Positions 41,222 to 51,889 of a stretch of DNA of 64,000 bases are shown one piece after another. The stretch comes from an uncultured Gammaproteobacteria bacterium (GTDB lineage Bacteria > Patescibacteriota > Patescibacteriia > UBA11705), in contig CAYPSS010000002.1 of NCBI GenBank assembly GCA_964413735.1, positions 80,261-144,260 of the forward strand, written 5' to 3'. The notes under the pieces were generated by a model. That model saw only the letters and a program-made list of their open reading frames with translations. It was not told the DNA's origin and ran no database searches. Position numbers and translations under genes: made by a program. How positions within the stretch are numbered: position 1 is the first letter of the stretch; each line of letters begins with the position of its first letter.

Positions 41222-41312
41222 TCTTTCCTCCTTCAAAAAGCAAAACCATATTAATATGGTTTTTTGTTTTTGTCAAAATAAAAACGCCTGACTTTTAGTC
41301 AGACGCAAATCA

Positions 41313-41747
41313 TCAGAACAAAAACCGCTGAGGAAATTTAACCAAGTTTCTCACTTGCCTTGCTATTTCAAATGTCTCCAACATAAAAGTAACATACTTC
41401 TCCGGGCTAAGCCGCTCAATAGTAAAATTATTAAAAGACGATTTTTCAATTCTATAATTAACCGTTTTTCCAGTTAAGCTCAAAAAAATACCAGAAACGA
41501 TTCGCAAACAACTAGTTTCATCAATAATTCCAGGCCTATCCGGATTATTAACGGCAACCATAAAACCTCCTTTATTAAAATCTAAAAGAACACTTCCATC
41601 ATTGGGCGCCATGATTGCCACATACTTTTCTTGTCCAAATCGCTTGAAAACTGGTGAATCATGCTTAGCCTTAAAAACAACCACTGTTCCAATCGGCAAA
41701 GAATACAACTCTTCGAAACTCTTAATCTCAAGGTTCTCATCAGCCAT
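41313..41747 (-). CDS. hypothetical protein, paralog of 40805-41221
   Basis: GGAG SD, own TTGACA; IKSFEELYSLPIGTVVV. Confidence 0.7.
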   Translation of the reverse strand: MADENLEIKSFEELYSLPIGTVVVFKAKHDSPVFKRFGQEKYVAIMAPNDGSVLLDFNKGGFMVAVNNPDRPGIIDETSCLRIVSGIFLSLTGKTVNYRIEKSSFNNFTIERLSPEKYVTFMLETFEIARQVRNLVKFPQRFLF

Positions 41748-41826
41748 TTTCCACTCCGCTGAAAAAGCAACCTTAATTTAACACAAATAAAAAAACTGTC
41801 AACCTGACAGCTTTTTAAATTGAAAT

Positions 41827-42621
41827 TTATTTAATCACTGTTTTTTCCCATTTTTCACCATTCCAAATCACACAATTTTTCAAATCCGCAAAAATTCCCG
41901 GACATGCGCCATCGCCTTGACCGGTCAAACCACCACCAGCCGCACATCGATACTCACCATCAGCGTTATAAATATAATCAGAATAACAATCCGCACAACC
42001 CGGTTGACTGCCCAAGGATAAATAGATCACTTGATCTAAAAATTGGCAACGAAATTCAGGAATCTTTGATTGTTTTTGTTCACGCATTTGATACAACCAA
42101 TATGGGACATAATCCGGTGGTAATTCAATAATATTTTCCGTTTGCTCAACAATTTCCAAATCTTCTTGTTGTATTTGAGAGGAAGTTTTTTCCGGATCAT
42201 TACGATGGCTTAAATCCGCCCACATATTCTTTGCTTGGGTTAACGCGTCTTTCAAGGCATTGATTTTCCCCACCACTTCTTGAGCTTCGTTCAAAGTATC
42301 ATTAGTGGAAGACAAAAAATCATCAGCATTGTTTTTCAAATCTTCTCCTTGATTTGACAAATTAGTAATATTTTCTTGTTGTTTGGTAATTTCCGCAATC
42401 AGCGGCCCCTTGATATTGATATAAAGAAAATAAATCAAATATAATGCCCCCGCCACAATCAATATTGTTAATAATGCGCAACCGGCCGAATGTTTTTGTT
42501 TCGGTTCCATGTTCACATTCTTATCAGATAACGAAAAATCATCAAATCGAGATTGGTTAGACTTTTTGTTTGATTCATCTTGATAATAATTTTCCATTTG
42601 TTCACGATTGGAATGCTTCAT
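41827..42621 (-). CDS. single-TM protein with coiled coil and C-terminal Cys/Gly-rich (DUF6970-like) domain
   Basis: CADC..YNADG...CAAGGGLTGQGDGACP. Confidence 0.7.
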   Translation of the reverse strand: MKHSNREQMENYYQDESNKKSNQSRFDDFSLSDKNVNMEPKQKHSAGCALLTILIVAGALYLIYFLYINIKGPLIAEITKQQENITNLSNQGEDLKNNADDFLSSTNDTLNEAQEVVGKINALKDALTQAKNMWADLSHRNDPEKTSSQIQQEDLEIVEQTENIIELPPDYVPYWLYQMREQKQSKIPEFRCQFLDQVIYLSLGSQPGCADCYSDYIYNADGEYRCAAGGGLTGQGDGACPGIFADLKNCVIWNGEKWEKTVIK

Positions 42622-42622
42622 A

Positions 42623-43198
42623 CTATTTATGGCGCAAACTGATTTCGTACATTATTTGCTCAATCTTATTTTGATTTTTCTTCGCCTGATCAAATTTGGT
42701 GCGCAAAACACCACTTAAATTTTGTGACAATAAAAAATGAATTACCGACGCCACTTCTTCGGCAATTTGTTCCACTGATTCAAATTTTTGTTTAGTGGAA
42801 AGCAAAACCGCGCGACGTAACAACTCGCCAGTAAAATCCGATAATCCCCCCAAATATTCTTCTGGTAATACTTTCACCTCTTTTATTTCACCAACCCTTT
42901 TCCCATCCACATAAGCATAAAACAATTTAGCTTCCGCGTATTCTTCTCGAGCGGCCGACCATGCACCTTCTTTCATTAAGCTTTGTTTTTTAGCAAAATC
43001 TTTTTGTAAACGCAAAAGTATATTTTCACTTTCGACGATTTTTTCTTTGGCTTCCTTTAAATTATCACGATGCATAGCAAAAATCGCTTGTTTAGCCAAA
43101 TGCAAAGCGGAATTAGAATGATTAATAATAATACGACGTGATTTATCATTATCACCTTGCGCTAAAGCGATCTTACCCCAAAAGTTTTTATCCAACAT
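42623..43198 (-). CDS. translin/TRAX-family (C3PO-like) protein
   Basis: EEYAEA, YLGGLSDFTGELLRRAV, LRTKFD motifs. Confidence 0.85.
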   Translation of the reverse strand: MLDKNFWGKIALAQGDNDKSRRIIINHSNSALHLAKQAIFAMHRDNLKEAKEKIVESENILLRLQKDFAKKQSLMKEGAWSAAREEYAEAKLFYAYVDGKRVGEIKEVKVLPEEYLGGLSDFTGELLRRAVLLSTKQKFESVEQIAEEVASVIHFLLSQNLSGVLRTKFDQAKKNQNKIEQIMYEISLRHK

Positions 43199-43201
43199 AA
43201 T

Positions 43202-44206
43202 TTATTTCAAATATTTATTACGATTAATTATATGCTCTTCGTGATTCCGACTGAAAATAATTTCATTCGTTGGAGTGGTTAAGAAAAAATAATATGATGT
43301 ATCCGCCGGATAAACAGTGGCTTTGATTGCCTCAATGCTGGGATTGCAGATCGGACCGGGTGGCAAACCGCTATTTTGATAAGTATTATATGGGTTATCA
43401 ATTTTCGTATCATCCAGACTGGGCCGAGTTGTTCCTTTTTGCGTAATATAATTTACTGTAGCATCTGACTGCAATGGATATTTATCATCCAAACGCGACC
43501 AAAAAATATCCGCGACCACTCGACGATTTTCATAGCCGAACATTTCTTTTTCCACAATACTGGACAATGTCACAATCTCATGAATAGATTTTCCTTGTCT
43601 TTTGATTTCTTCTCGTAAATCCAGCGTTAACTTTTTATCAAAGTTATCTAACATTTTTCGCACCACCTCATCAATTGTGGAATCATCATAAACATAATAA
43701 GTATCCGGATATAAATAACCTTCCAAAGATGCTCCGCTGGGCAAATCCCGCAAAAAATCATAATCAAATCTGGCATACTGCAAATATTCCAAAAAATCTT
43801 CAGAAGAAAACAAACCCTTTTCCTCCAAATAATCAGCCACATCCACCAACCTCCAACCCTCGATAATGGTAATTGGTACCGAAGTTCGCTTTCTTTGATT
43901 TTCCGTTAATTCCCGCACTAACTCTTTGATACTCATTTGTGTATTTAAATTATATTCTCCGGCTTGAAAACGATTATCCACTTTTTGTAAGCGAACATAA
44001 AAAGTAAACCATTTCACATTATCAGACAAAAAACCTTGGTCTTGTAAATTATGAGCAATTGTTGTCACCGATTCTCCGACATTAATCGTAAATTTCTTAC
44101 TACCAAAAGGATTTTCTCCGGCTTTTTCAAATTTAAACTGCAAAATTACCCAACTAACAAAAAAAACTACGATTAACAATAATAAATATTTGATTATTTT
44201 TTTCAT
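43202..44206 (-). CDS. mltG: endolytic transglycosylase MltG
   Basis: LEGYLYPDTY, SIVEKE, LQSDAT, YNTY..GLPPGPICNP; start at MKKIIK overlapping the manC stop. Confidence 0.94.
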   Translation of the reverse strand: MKKIIKYLLLLIVVFFVSWVILQFKFEKAGENPFGSKKFTINVGESVTTIAHNLQDQGFLSDNVKWFTFYVRLQKVDNRFQAGEYNLNTQMSIKELVRELTENQRKRTSVPITIIEGWRLVDVADYLEEKGLFSSEDFLEYLQYARFDYDFLRDLPSGASLEGYLYPDTYYVYDDSTIDEVVRKMLDNFDKKLTLDLREEIKRQGKSIHEIVTLSSIVEKEMFGYENRRVVADIFWSRLDDKYPLQSDATVNYITQKGTTRPSLDDTKIDNPYNTYQNSGLPPGPICNPSIEAIKATVYPADTSYYFFLTTPTNEIIFSRNHEEHIINRNKYLK

Positions 44207-45282
44207 AAATATTTTTCCTTCCCTTGATCTTTTAACATGGCCACGATTTTTTTCACTTCTTGAGCGCGTTTTTTCGGACAAATTAACAATACATCATCGG
44301 TTTGCACCACCACCATATTCTTCAAACCAACCGTACAAACCAATTTATCGGAATAATTATAAATCAGATTACCCGAAGAATCTTCCACGACACAATCCCC
44401 TCTTAAAATATTCTCTCGTTCTTGGCTTAGAACATCTTTCACCGCTCGCCAATGGCCGATATCCGCCCAACCAAAATCAGACGGGACCACCAACATGTCT
44501 TGATTTTTTTCCATAATACCATAATCAATGGAGATCGGTTCCATTTGCGGGAAAAATTCATTGATAATTTCATCGGAAAAATTGTTTTTAATTTTTTGTA
44601 ACAAAACATAATGCTCCGGTAAAAATTCTTGAAACTTTTTCAACAAAGTGGCGGTATGCCAAACAAACAACGCCGGATTCCATAAATACCCCCATTTACT
44701 CAAATATTGCTTAGCCATTTTTAAATCAGGCTTTTCAATAAATTTTTCAACCTCAAAAATCTCATACGGTTTTTCATTTGACCCCAAAATTTCCGCAAAA
44801 CTCTTTTTTAATTTTATATACCCATAACCAACTTCCGGATACGTGGGATGAATCCCCACCATTGCACATTTCCCCGGATGAGTTTCAATTAATTTGTTTA
44901 ATACCGCCAATGTATTGAAATATTCACTTTCGTCGAGCACATAAGCATCTGAATTAATAGTGACAAAATTTACCGCTTGATCATAAATTTTTTCCAGATA
45001 AATCGCCGCATATCCAATCGCCGGTGCCGTGTCTCTCTTGATCGGTTCTAAAATTAATCGAGTATCATCAATTAACGGCAACTGATCAACAATATATTTT
45101 TTTTGCGAGATATTGGCAGAAACAAAAATATCATCTTGAGAATAAGATTTTAATAACCGTTCATAAGTGGTTTGCAATAAACTCTTTTCACCGATAAACG
45201 GTTGTACTTGTTTGGGAGAGTTTTTCCGTGACACCGGCCACAATCTGGTTCCGCTGCCTCCGGCCATAATCACAAATTTCAT
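44203..45282 (-). CDS. manC: mannose-1-phosphate guanylyltransferase
   Basis: MAGGSGTRLWPVSR..PKQ, EP..RDTAPA, FIEKP, SIDYGIME, WADIG. Confidence 0.92.
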   Translation of the reverse strand: MKFVIMAGGSGTRLWPVSRKNSPKQVQPFIGEKSLLQTTYERLLKSYSQDDIFVSANISQKKYIVDQLPLIDDTRLILEPIKRDTAPAIGYAAIYLEKIYDQAVNFVTINSDAYVLDESEYFNTLAVLNKLIETHPGKCAMVGIHPTYPEVGYGYIKLKKSFAEILGSNEKPYEIFEVEKFIEKPDLKMAKQYLSKWGYLWNPALFVWHTATLLKKFQEFLPEHYVLLQKIKNNFSDEIINEFFPQMEPISIDYGIMEKNQDMLVVPSDFGWADIGHWRAVKDVLSQERENILRGDCVVEDSSGNLIYNYSDKLVCTVGLKNMVVVQTDDVLLICPKKRAQEVKKIVAMLKDQGKEKYL

Positions 45283-45286
45283 ATAA

Positions 45287-46102
45287 TCAGGGTCGATAAT
45301 ATAACATTAACAAAATTAAAGCACCAAAAGCAAGTCGATAAATCGCAAAAATCATCAAAGATCTTTTTTCCAAGAATTTCAAAAAATATTTTATTACCAA
45401 ATATCCGATAATAAAAGCCACTAAAACCGCAAAAAACATTATATATTTTTCTTCAAAACTGATCATTGACCAATCCAATTTGCCCAACTGGCTGATGGTT
45501 GCGCCCAAAACCGCCGGGATACTTAATAAAAAAGAAAAACGCGCTGCTTCAGCTCTCTTTAATTTTAACCACATTCCTGCTATAATGGTAGCACCGGATC
45601 GCGAAACACCTGGTACAAAAGCCAAAACTTGCGCTAAACCAATAATCAAGGCTTCGGGGATTGATAAAGATTCATAATGGCGGTTACGCTTACTCCAACG
45701 CTCCACTCCCCACAAAAAAAATCCACCGACAATCAATGTCATAGCCACGATTAATAAATGCCGAGTATATAATTCAATCAAATCAGCGGCAAAATATCCA
45801 ACAACTACAGCCGGCAATGTGGCCAGAACAATATTAAAAACGGTTTTCTGATCATCATGAGCCAAATTAAAACCGGAAAACATGGAAATAAATGATTTAA
45901 AATATCGTACCAAATCATGCCGAAAAAACATTATCAAGGCTATCAGTGTTCCAAAATGCAAAGCAATATCAAAAGTAAAATCATTTACAATTTTAAAATC
46001 CAATATTTCATGCAAAAATAACAAATGAGCGGAACTGGAAATCGGCCAAAATTCCGTGGCGGCCTGAACCGCGGCCAAAATCAACGCATAAAAAATAATC
46101 AT
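45287..46102 (-). CDS. uppP: undecaprenyl-diphosphate phosphatase
   Basis: TEFWPISSSAHL, PGVSRSGAT, FSFLLSIPA. Confidence 0.95.
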   Translation of the reverse strand: MIIFYALILAAVQAATEFWPISSSAHLLFLHEILDFKIVNDFTFDIALHFGTLIALIMFFRHDLVRYFKSFISMFSGFNLAHDDQKTVFNIVLATLPAVVVGYFAADLIELYTRHLLIVAMTLIVGGFFLWGVERWSKRNRHYESLSIPEALIIGLAQVLAFVPGVSRSGATIIAGMWLKLKRAEAARFSFLLSIPAVLGATISQLGKLDWSMISFEEKYIMFFAVLVAFIIGYLVIKYFLKFLEKRSLMIFAIYRLAFGALILLMLYYRP

Positions 46103-46116
46103 AATATCAAAACTTT

Positions 46117-46545
46117 ATGTATCATTTAATCATCATGCCAATCATGGCAGCGATTATTTCGCAAGCCATTAAATTATCAATTGATGCTTATAAAAAACAA
46201 TTTTCCTGGTCTGACCTGAACAGTTATGGCGGAATGCCCAGCTCTCATGCCGCTATGGTATCATCATTGGCCGGAGCCATCGGTTATTTGATTGGCTGGC
46301 AAACACCGGAATTCGCCATTGCTTTGGTTTTTGCCATTATCACTATTCGTGATGCCGCCGGATTTCGCTTCCAACTGGGAATTCATGCAAAAATCATCAA
46401 TCGTTATGTCTCTGAATTACCGGTGGAAAAAAATTACGCTTATCCTCATTTACGCGAACGATTGGGACACAAACCCATGGAATTATTAGCCGGCATTACT
46501 GTTGGCTTGGCAGTCACCGCATTATACATTATTTTCGTAGCTTAA
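46117..46545 (+). CDS. divergent PAP2 family (DUF212) protein
   Basis: GGMPSSH, DAAG.R, LGH.P.E. Confidence 0.9.
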   Translation: MYHLIIMPIMAAIISQAIKLSIDAYKKQFSWSDLNSYGGMPSSHAAMVSSLAGAIGYLIGWQTPEFAIALVFAIITIRDAAGFRFQLGIHAKIINRYVSELPVEKNYAYPHLRERLGHKPMELLAGITVGLAVTALYIIFVA

Positions 46546-46554
46546 ACAATCAAA

Positions 46555-47424
46555 TCAATCTTGACAATTGGGACAGTAGCTTGTTCCTCGGCCACCAATC
46601 TTGGTTTTCAAAATGGTGGCTTTTTTACATTTCAAACATTTTTTTCCTACTCGACCATAAACTTTCAAAAATTTCACATACCCGCCTTTTTTACCCTCAC
46701 CATCTACATAATTACGAACCGAAGTTCCTCGATGCAACACCGCTTTATTTAAAATGTTTTTCAATGCTTGATAAAGATTTTTTCGTTGTTCCAAAGTCAA
46801 ATCTTTAATTTTCTTTGTGCCTAAAATATTAGCCGCAAAACAACTTTCATCCGCATAAATATTGCCAATACCGGCAATCAAATTTTGCATTAGTAAAAAT
46901 TTCTTAATTTCCAAACTTTTTTTCTTTTCCAATAAATTATTAAATATTTTAAAAGTGAAACCTTTGGCAATCGGCTCAATCCCATATCGTTCTTTTTCCA
47001 AATTGGCGGTTTGGTCATCAACCAATTTCAAAAAACCAAACTTACGCAAATCATTAAAATACAAAATTCCGTTTTCGCCAAAATCAAAAATTACACGATT
47101 GAAACGATCAGGATTTTCTCGTGTTTGATCAACCGGATGCCCCCCCGCTACAATATCTCCCATTGGTGGCACAAACACAAATTGTCCGGTCATTTTTAAA
47201 TGAGCCAACAATTTTAGATTTTCTCCAAAGTCTAAAATAAGTAATTTCCCCACTCGATCAACCGACTTTAGACTTTTATTTTCCAAAAATTTAATGAATT
47301 TCCCTCTACTGGGAAATATTTTTTTGACAAAATCTTTTTTTATAATAATTTTTCGTACGTGCTTCCCCACTACATATTTATGTAAATCGCGACGTACGGT
47401 TTCCACTTCCGGTAATTCAGGCAT
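46555..47424 (-). CDS. mutM: formamidopyrimidine-DNA glycosylase
   Basis: MPELPEVE, HLKMTG, GIGNIYADE, C-terminal zinc finger. Confidence 0.96.
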   Translation of the reverse strand: MPELPEVETVRRDLHKYVVGKHVRKIIIKKDFVKKIFPSRGKFIKFLENKSLKSVDRVGKLLILDFGENLKLLAHLKMTGQFVFVPPMGDIVAGGHPVDQTRENPDRFNRVIFDFGENGILYFNDLRKFGFLKLVDDQTANLEKERYGIEPIAKGFTFKIFNNLLEKKKSLEIKKFLLMQNLIAGIGNIYADESCFAANILGTKKIKDLTLEQRKNLYQALKNILNKAVLHRGTSVRNYVDGEGKKGGYVKFLKVYGRVGKKCLKCKKATILKTKIGGRGTSYCPNCQD

Positions 47425-47429
47425 AATTA

Positions 47430-49007
47430 TTAAAATAACGGCTGACCCGTCATATAACGGGGTGGCTCAATTTCCATTAATTTTAAAATCGTGGTCGGCA
47501 CATCACTTAGCAAACCAACTGGACGCAATAAACTCAAATCATTACCAATCAACTGTGATTCAGGGTTACTTTTCCCTTGGAAATCACGCCCGATGATAAT
47601 ACAAGGAACGGGATTCGTAGAATGATCTTTACTAATTTCTCCAGTTTGCAAATTACGTAATTCCTCACAATTACCATGGTCAGCGGTAATTATACAATTC
47701 CCTCCTTTTGACAACACCAAATCAATAATTTGTCCTATACAATAATCAACGGTTTCAATGGCTTTGATTGTGGCTTTCACATCTCCGGTATGCCCAACCA
47801 TATCCGGATTGGCAAAATTCACCAAGAAAAAGTCATGTTTTTCTTGCATAATGGTTTTGGTTAATTTAGCCGTCACTTCCAAAGCCGACATTTCTGGTTT
47901 ATCAGCATAACTGGCCACTCGCGGTGAAGGAATAACATCACGATCCTCATTTTTGAACGGATTTTCCTGACCGCCATTAAAAAAGAAAGTGACATGTGCA
48001 TATTTTTCCGTTTCCGAAATATGATATTGATTCAAACCAGCTTCACTGATAACTTTGGCCAAACATAAATCAATAGTTTCTTTTTCCATCACAATATCAA
48101 CCGGCATGCCTTTTTCATATTCCGTCATAGTCACAAATTTGAGATTTTGAAACGTTTGACGCGTAAATTTTTCAAACGGCTCGGTTACAAATGCATTGGT
48201 TAATTGACGCGCACGATCTGAACGATAATTAATAAAAATCACCGCATCATTGGATTCCACTTTAGCCACCGGATTACCCGCTTGCCCAATCACTACCGGT
48301 ACAAATTCTTCATCGTAAACTTTTTTTTCATATGATTGCTCAATAGCGACTAACGGATCATCAAAATAATTTTCCGCCTCACCCAAAGCAATTGCCTTAA
48401 AAGCTTTTTCCGTTCTTTCCCAATGATTATCACGATCCATGGCATAAAATCTTCCGGACAAAGTGGCGATTTTCCCGACTTTTATTTCTTTAGTTTTCTT
48501 GATCAATTCCGCAATAAATTCTTTGCCACCATTATATAAAGTATCTCGCCCATCCAAAAAACAATGCAAATAAACTTCATCAACCTTTTGTTTTTTGGCC
48601 ATTTCCAAAATCGCATAAGCATGTCTGATTGAGGAGTGGACTTTACCCTCACTCATTAAACCGAAAATATGCATTTTGGACTTATGCTTTTTCACATGGT
48701 CGAAAGCACCAATCAATTTTTCGTTTTCAAAAAATCGACCTTCGTTAATATAACGATCAATTCGCGGTAAATTCTGAAACAAAATTTTCCCGATTCCCAA
48801 ATTCATATGTCCCACTTCCGAATTCCCGATTTCCCCCCAAGACAAGCCCACTGATTCACCTGAAGCCAATAATGTAAATGACGGGTAATGCGTCAAATAA
48901 TTATCAAAGTTTTTTTTGTTTGCCAAAGATACACCATTACTGTCGCAAGCCGGTGCCACACCCAAACCATCTAAAACAATTAATACTGTTGGTTTTTTTA
49001 CTGCCAT
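47430..49007 (-). CDS. gpmI: 2,3-BPG-independent phosphoglycerate mutase, copy 2
   Basis: GNSEVGH, DGRD, GRFYAMDRD, ETEKYAHVT, DMVGH, TADHGN. Confidence 0.95.
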   Translation of the reverse strand: MAVKKPTVLIVLDGLGVAPACDSNGVSLANKKNFDNYLTHYPSFTLLASGESVGLSWGEIGNSEVGHMNLGIGKILFQNLPRIDRYINEGRFFENEKLIGAFDHVKKHKSKMHIFGLMSEGKVHSSIRHAYAILEMAKKQKVDEVYLHCFLDGRDTLYNGGKEFIAELIKKTKEIKVGKIATLSGRFYAMDRDNHWERTEKAFKAIALGEAENYFDDPLVAIEQSYEKKVYDEEFVPVVIGQAGNPVAKVESNDAVIFINYRSDRARQLTNAFVTEPFEKFTRQTFQNLKFVTMTEYEKGMPVDIVMEKETIDLCLAKVISEAGLNQYHISETEKYAHVTFFFNGGQENPFKNEDRDVIPSPRVASYADKPEMSALEVTAKLTKTIMQEKHDFFLVNFANPDMVGHTGDVKATIKAIETVDYCIGQIIDLVLSKGGNCIITADHGNCEELRNLQTGEISKDHSTNPVPCIIIGRDFQGKSNPESQLIGNDLSLLRPVGLLSDVPTTILKLMEIEPPRYMTGQPLF

Positions 49008-49014
49008 ATAATTA

Positions 49015-50610
49015 CTATTTTTTTATTAAGCTTTTTCCCACCACATGGTTTGATTTATTCGGCAATTTAAGAAAATCATAAATTGTCGGAGCAATATCTC
49101 CCAAATTACCGTTTTTTCTTAATTTAATCTTTTTGTTTTTGTTATCGATCAAAATAAACGGCACCGGATTTTGGGTATGTTCAGTAAAAATTTCTCCGGT
49201 TTCCAGATCAATCATTTTTTCCGCATTACCATGATCAGCCGTCACAAACAAAACACCATTATTTTTCAAAACTGATCGACTTATTTCCCCCAAACATTTA
49301 TCAACATGTTCTACTGCTTTAATTGTCGCTTTCAGATCCCCAGTATGCCCCACCATATCCGGATTGGCAAAATTGGCAACAATAAAATCCGCTTTTTTCT
49401 GTTCAATATTTTTACAAATATATTGTGAAATTTTATAAGCGGACATTTCCGGTTTATCTTTGTAATTTTTGATTTTCGGCGACATGATACGAACACGTTT
49501 TTCATTATAAACCGGATCCGGATAACCACCATTTAAGAAATATGTAACATGAGCATATTTTTCCGATTCCGCAATATATAGCTGACGATATGAATTCATC
49601 ATAAACGGCATAGTAGCAACCTCATCAACACCCGGATAAGCGGTAATTAAGTTTTCCGATAAATCTGGCCCAAAATCAGTTAAAGCACAGAACAAAACAT
49701 CTTTAAGAATCTTGGATCTCTTAAAAGCGGTGGGATTTTTTTTATTAAAATCTTTTTGCGAAAAGCATTTTGCCAATTGTCGAGCTCGATCAGATCGTAA
49801 ATTGAAAAAAATAATCGCATCATGATCCTTAATTCTGGAATCATCAATTTCTTCCGCTATTCCATTAATTATACACGGCTCAATGTATTCATCAGTCAAA
49901 CCACGATTATAAGCTTCTTCAATCGCTAATTTATAATTTTGATAAATCTTGATATTTTTAGTGGAAATTAAACATTCATACGCCAAACGAGTTCGATCCC
50001 AATTTTTAGCTCGATCCATGGCAAAAAATCTACCCATTAAACTCGCGACTTTAATCTTAGTAGCACCGCTTGAACCATTATTTCCATTATTTATTTTTTT
50101 CATTAAATCAACCACAATGCGCATCGCAGAATGTTGCGGGGAATCACGACCATCGGTAAACAAATGTAAATATACTTCCGATATTTTATTTAAACGAGCC
50201 AGCCTTACTAAAGCCAATAAATGATTAAGAGAACTATGAGGACTTTCACCATCAGAAATCAAACCCATTAAATGCAAACGAGATTTTTTGGCCAATAAAT
50301 GATTTACAACATGTTTAAAAGCCATGTTATTAAAAAAAGATTTATCATCAATTGCTCGGTTAATAATCACACTATCTTGGAAAACAATGTGTCCGGCTCC
50401 AATATTCATATGTCCGGCTTCCGAATTTCCCGGCTGATTTTCCGACAAACCCACCTGGCCATTACTGGCATCCAACAATGTATGCGGAAAATTTTTCCAC
50501 AGTCGATCAAAATTGGGGGTCTTGGCCAAAGCCACCGCATTACCCTGACTTGGCGGAGCAACTCCCCAACCATCCAGAATCAATAATACTGCCGGTTGAT
50601 ATTTTTTCAT
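49015..50610 (-). CDS. gpmI: 2,3-BPG-independent phosphoglycerate mutase, copy 1
   Basis: LDGWG, GNSEAGH, DGRD, ESEKYAHVT, DMVGH, TADHGN. Confidence 0.95.
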   Translation of the reverse strand: MKKYQPAVLLILDGWGVAPPSQGNAVALAKTPNFDRLWKNFPHTLLDASNGQVGLSENQPGNSEAGHMNIGAGHIVFQDSVIINRAIDDKSFFNNMAFKHVVNHLLAKKSRLHLMGLISDGESPHSSLNHLLALVRLARLNKISEVYLHLFTDGRDSPQHSAMRIVVDLMKKINNGNNGSSGATKIKVASLMGRFFAMDRAKNWDRTRLAYECLISTKNIKIYQNYKLAIEEAYNRGLTDEYIEPCIINGIAEEIDDSRIKDHDAIIFFNLRSDRARQLAKCFSQKDFNKKNPTAFKRSKILKDVLFCALTDFGPDLSENLITAYPGVDEVATMPFMMNSYRQLYIAESEKYAHVTYFLNGGYPDPVYNEKRVRIMSPKIKNYKDKPEMSAYKISQYICKNIEQKKADFIVANFANPDMVGHTGDLKATIKAVEHVDKCLGEISRSVLKNNGVLFVTADHGNAEKMIDLETGEIFTEHTQNPVPFILIDNKNKKIKLRKNGNLGDIAPTIYDFLKLPNKSNHVVGKSLIKK

Positions 50611-50611
50611 A

Positions 50612-51877
50612 TTAACAATTTTTTAATTCCAACTCAATCTCCATCAGGCGATTATATTTCGCGACTCGATCAGAGCGAGATAATGATCCAGTTTTAATAA
50701 AATCAGCATTAACCGCCACTGCTAAATCAGCAATAAAAGTATCACAAGTTTCACCAGAACGATGCGAAACACTTACTTTATAACCATTATTTTTCGCTAA
50801 ATAAATACTAGCAATTGTTTCCGTCAAAGTCCCGATTTGATTCACTTTTATCAAAATACCATTAGCCACACCATTTTCAATCCCATGGTGCAATCGATCA
50901 ACATTAGTCACAAACAAATCATCACCAATAATCGTCACTTTATCACCTAAAAATCCAGTAATTTTTGCCCAACCACCCCAATCATCTTCCGCCAAAGGAT
51001 CCTCAATGGAAATAATTGGATATTTAACGAGCCACTTATCTAAAATTTTAATCACTTGATCACCTGTAATTAAAGCTTTCATTTTTTTGTCCTCAAGTGA
51101 ATATTGTTTTTTCTTTTTGTCATAATACTCACTTAAAGCTAAATCCATAGCCAAAAAAGCGTCTTTCCCTGGACGATAGCCAGCGCGTTTAATTGCTTCA
51201 ATTATAAATTTCAATGCCTCTTCATTACTCTTTAAATTCGGCGCAAAGCCTCCTTCATCACCAACCAGTGTTTGATAACCCGCATCTTTTAACAAAACCT
51301 TTAAATGATGGAAAACTTCAGCTCCAATTCTAATTCGATTGGCCATATTACCAGCCACCGGCACAACCATCATTTCTTGAATGGTTAAAGAATTATCAGC
51401 GTGCTTACCACCATTAATAATGTTCATAGTTGGAATCGGCATTTGCCACTTTTTTTCTTCCAAACAATAAATATAGCGTAAATATTTATAAAGTGGCATC
51501 TTTAAACTCATTGCTCCGGCGCGTGCGACGGCCAAAGAAACTGATAAAATCGCATTCGCACCTAGTTTTGATTTATTTTCTGTCCCGTCAAGATCAAGCA
51601 ATAAGCGATCAATTTCTAATTGCTTAACCGCTTTCATCCCAATCAATCGTGGAGCGATTTTTTTATTAACATTATTAACCGCTTTCAAAACACCTTTACC
51701 TAAATATCTTTTTTTATCATTATCACGCAATTCAACCGCTTCATGTTCACCGGTTGAAGCTCCACTGGGAACGGCCGCTTTCGCCATAATTCCATTTTTC
51801 AATTCAATAGTAGTTTCAATTGTCGGATTACCACGTGAATCCAATATTTCTCGGGCAAAAACTTTTTTTATTGTCAT
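50612..51877 (-). CDS. eno: enolase
   Basis: [29 protein letters not shown]. Confidence 0.98.
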   Translation of the reverse strand: MTIKKVFAREILDSRGNPTIETTIELKNGIMAKAAVPSGASTGEHEAVELRDNDKKRYLGKGVLKAVNNVNKKIAPRLIGMKAVKQLEIDRLLLDLDGTENKSKLGANAILSVSLAVARAGAMSLKMPLYKYLRYIYCLEEKKWQMPIPTMNIINGGKHADNSLTIQEMMVVPVAGNMANRIRIGAEVFHHLKVLLKDAGYQTLVGDEGGFAPNLKSNEEALKFIIEAIKRAGYRPGKDAFLAMDLALSEYYDKKKKQYSLEDKKMKALITGDQVIKILDKWLVKYPIISIEDPLAEDDWGGWAKITGFLGDKVTIIGDDLFVTNVDRLHHGIENGVANGILIKVNQIGTLTETIASIYLAKNNGYKVSVSHRSGETCDTFIADLAVAVNADFIKTGSLSRSDRVAKYNRLMEIELELKNC

Positions 51878-51889
51878 ATTTTTAAAAAA

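Noticed and set aside
39947-41747. Complete type II restriction-modification system
   Set aside because: The neighbouring convergent ORFs show no recognisable nuclease motif and are paralogs of each other.
44207-44281. Extended N-terminus of MltG from the ORF track
   Set aside because: It overlaps manC; the ATGA-coupled start at 44206 gives a normal N-terminal TM anchor.
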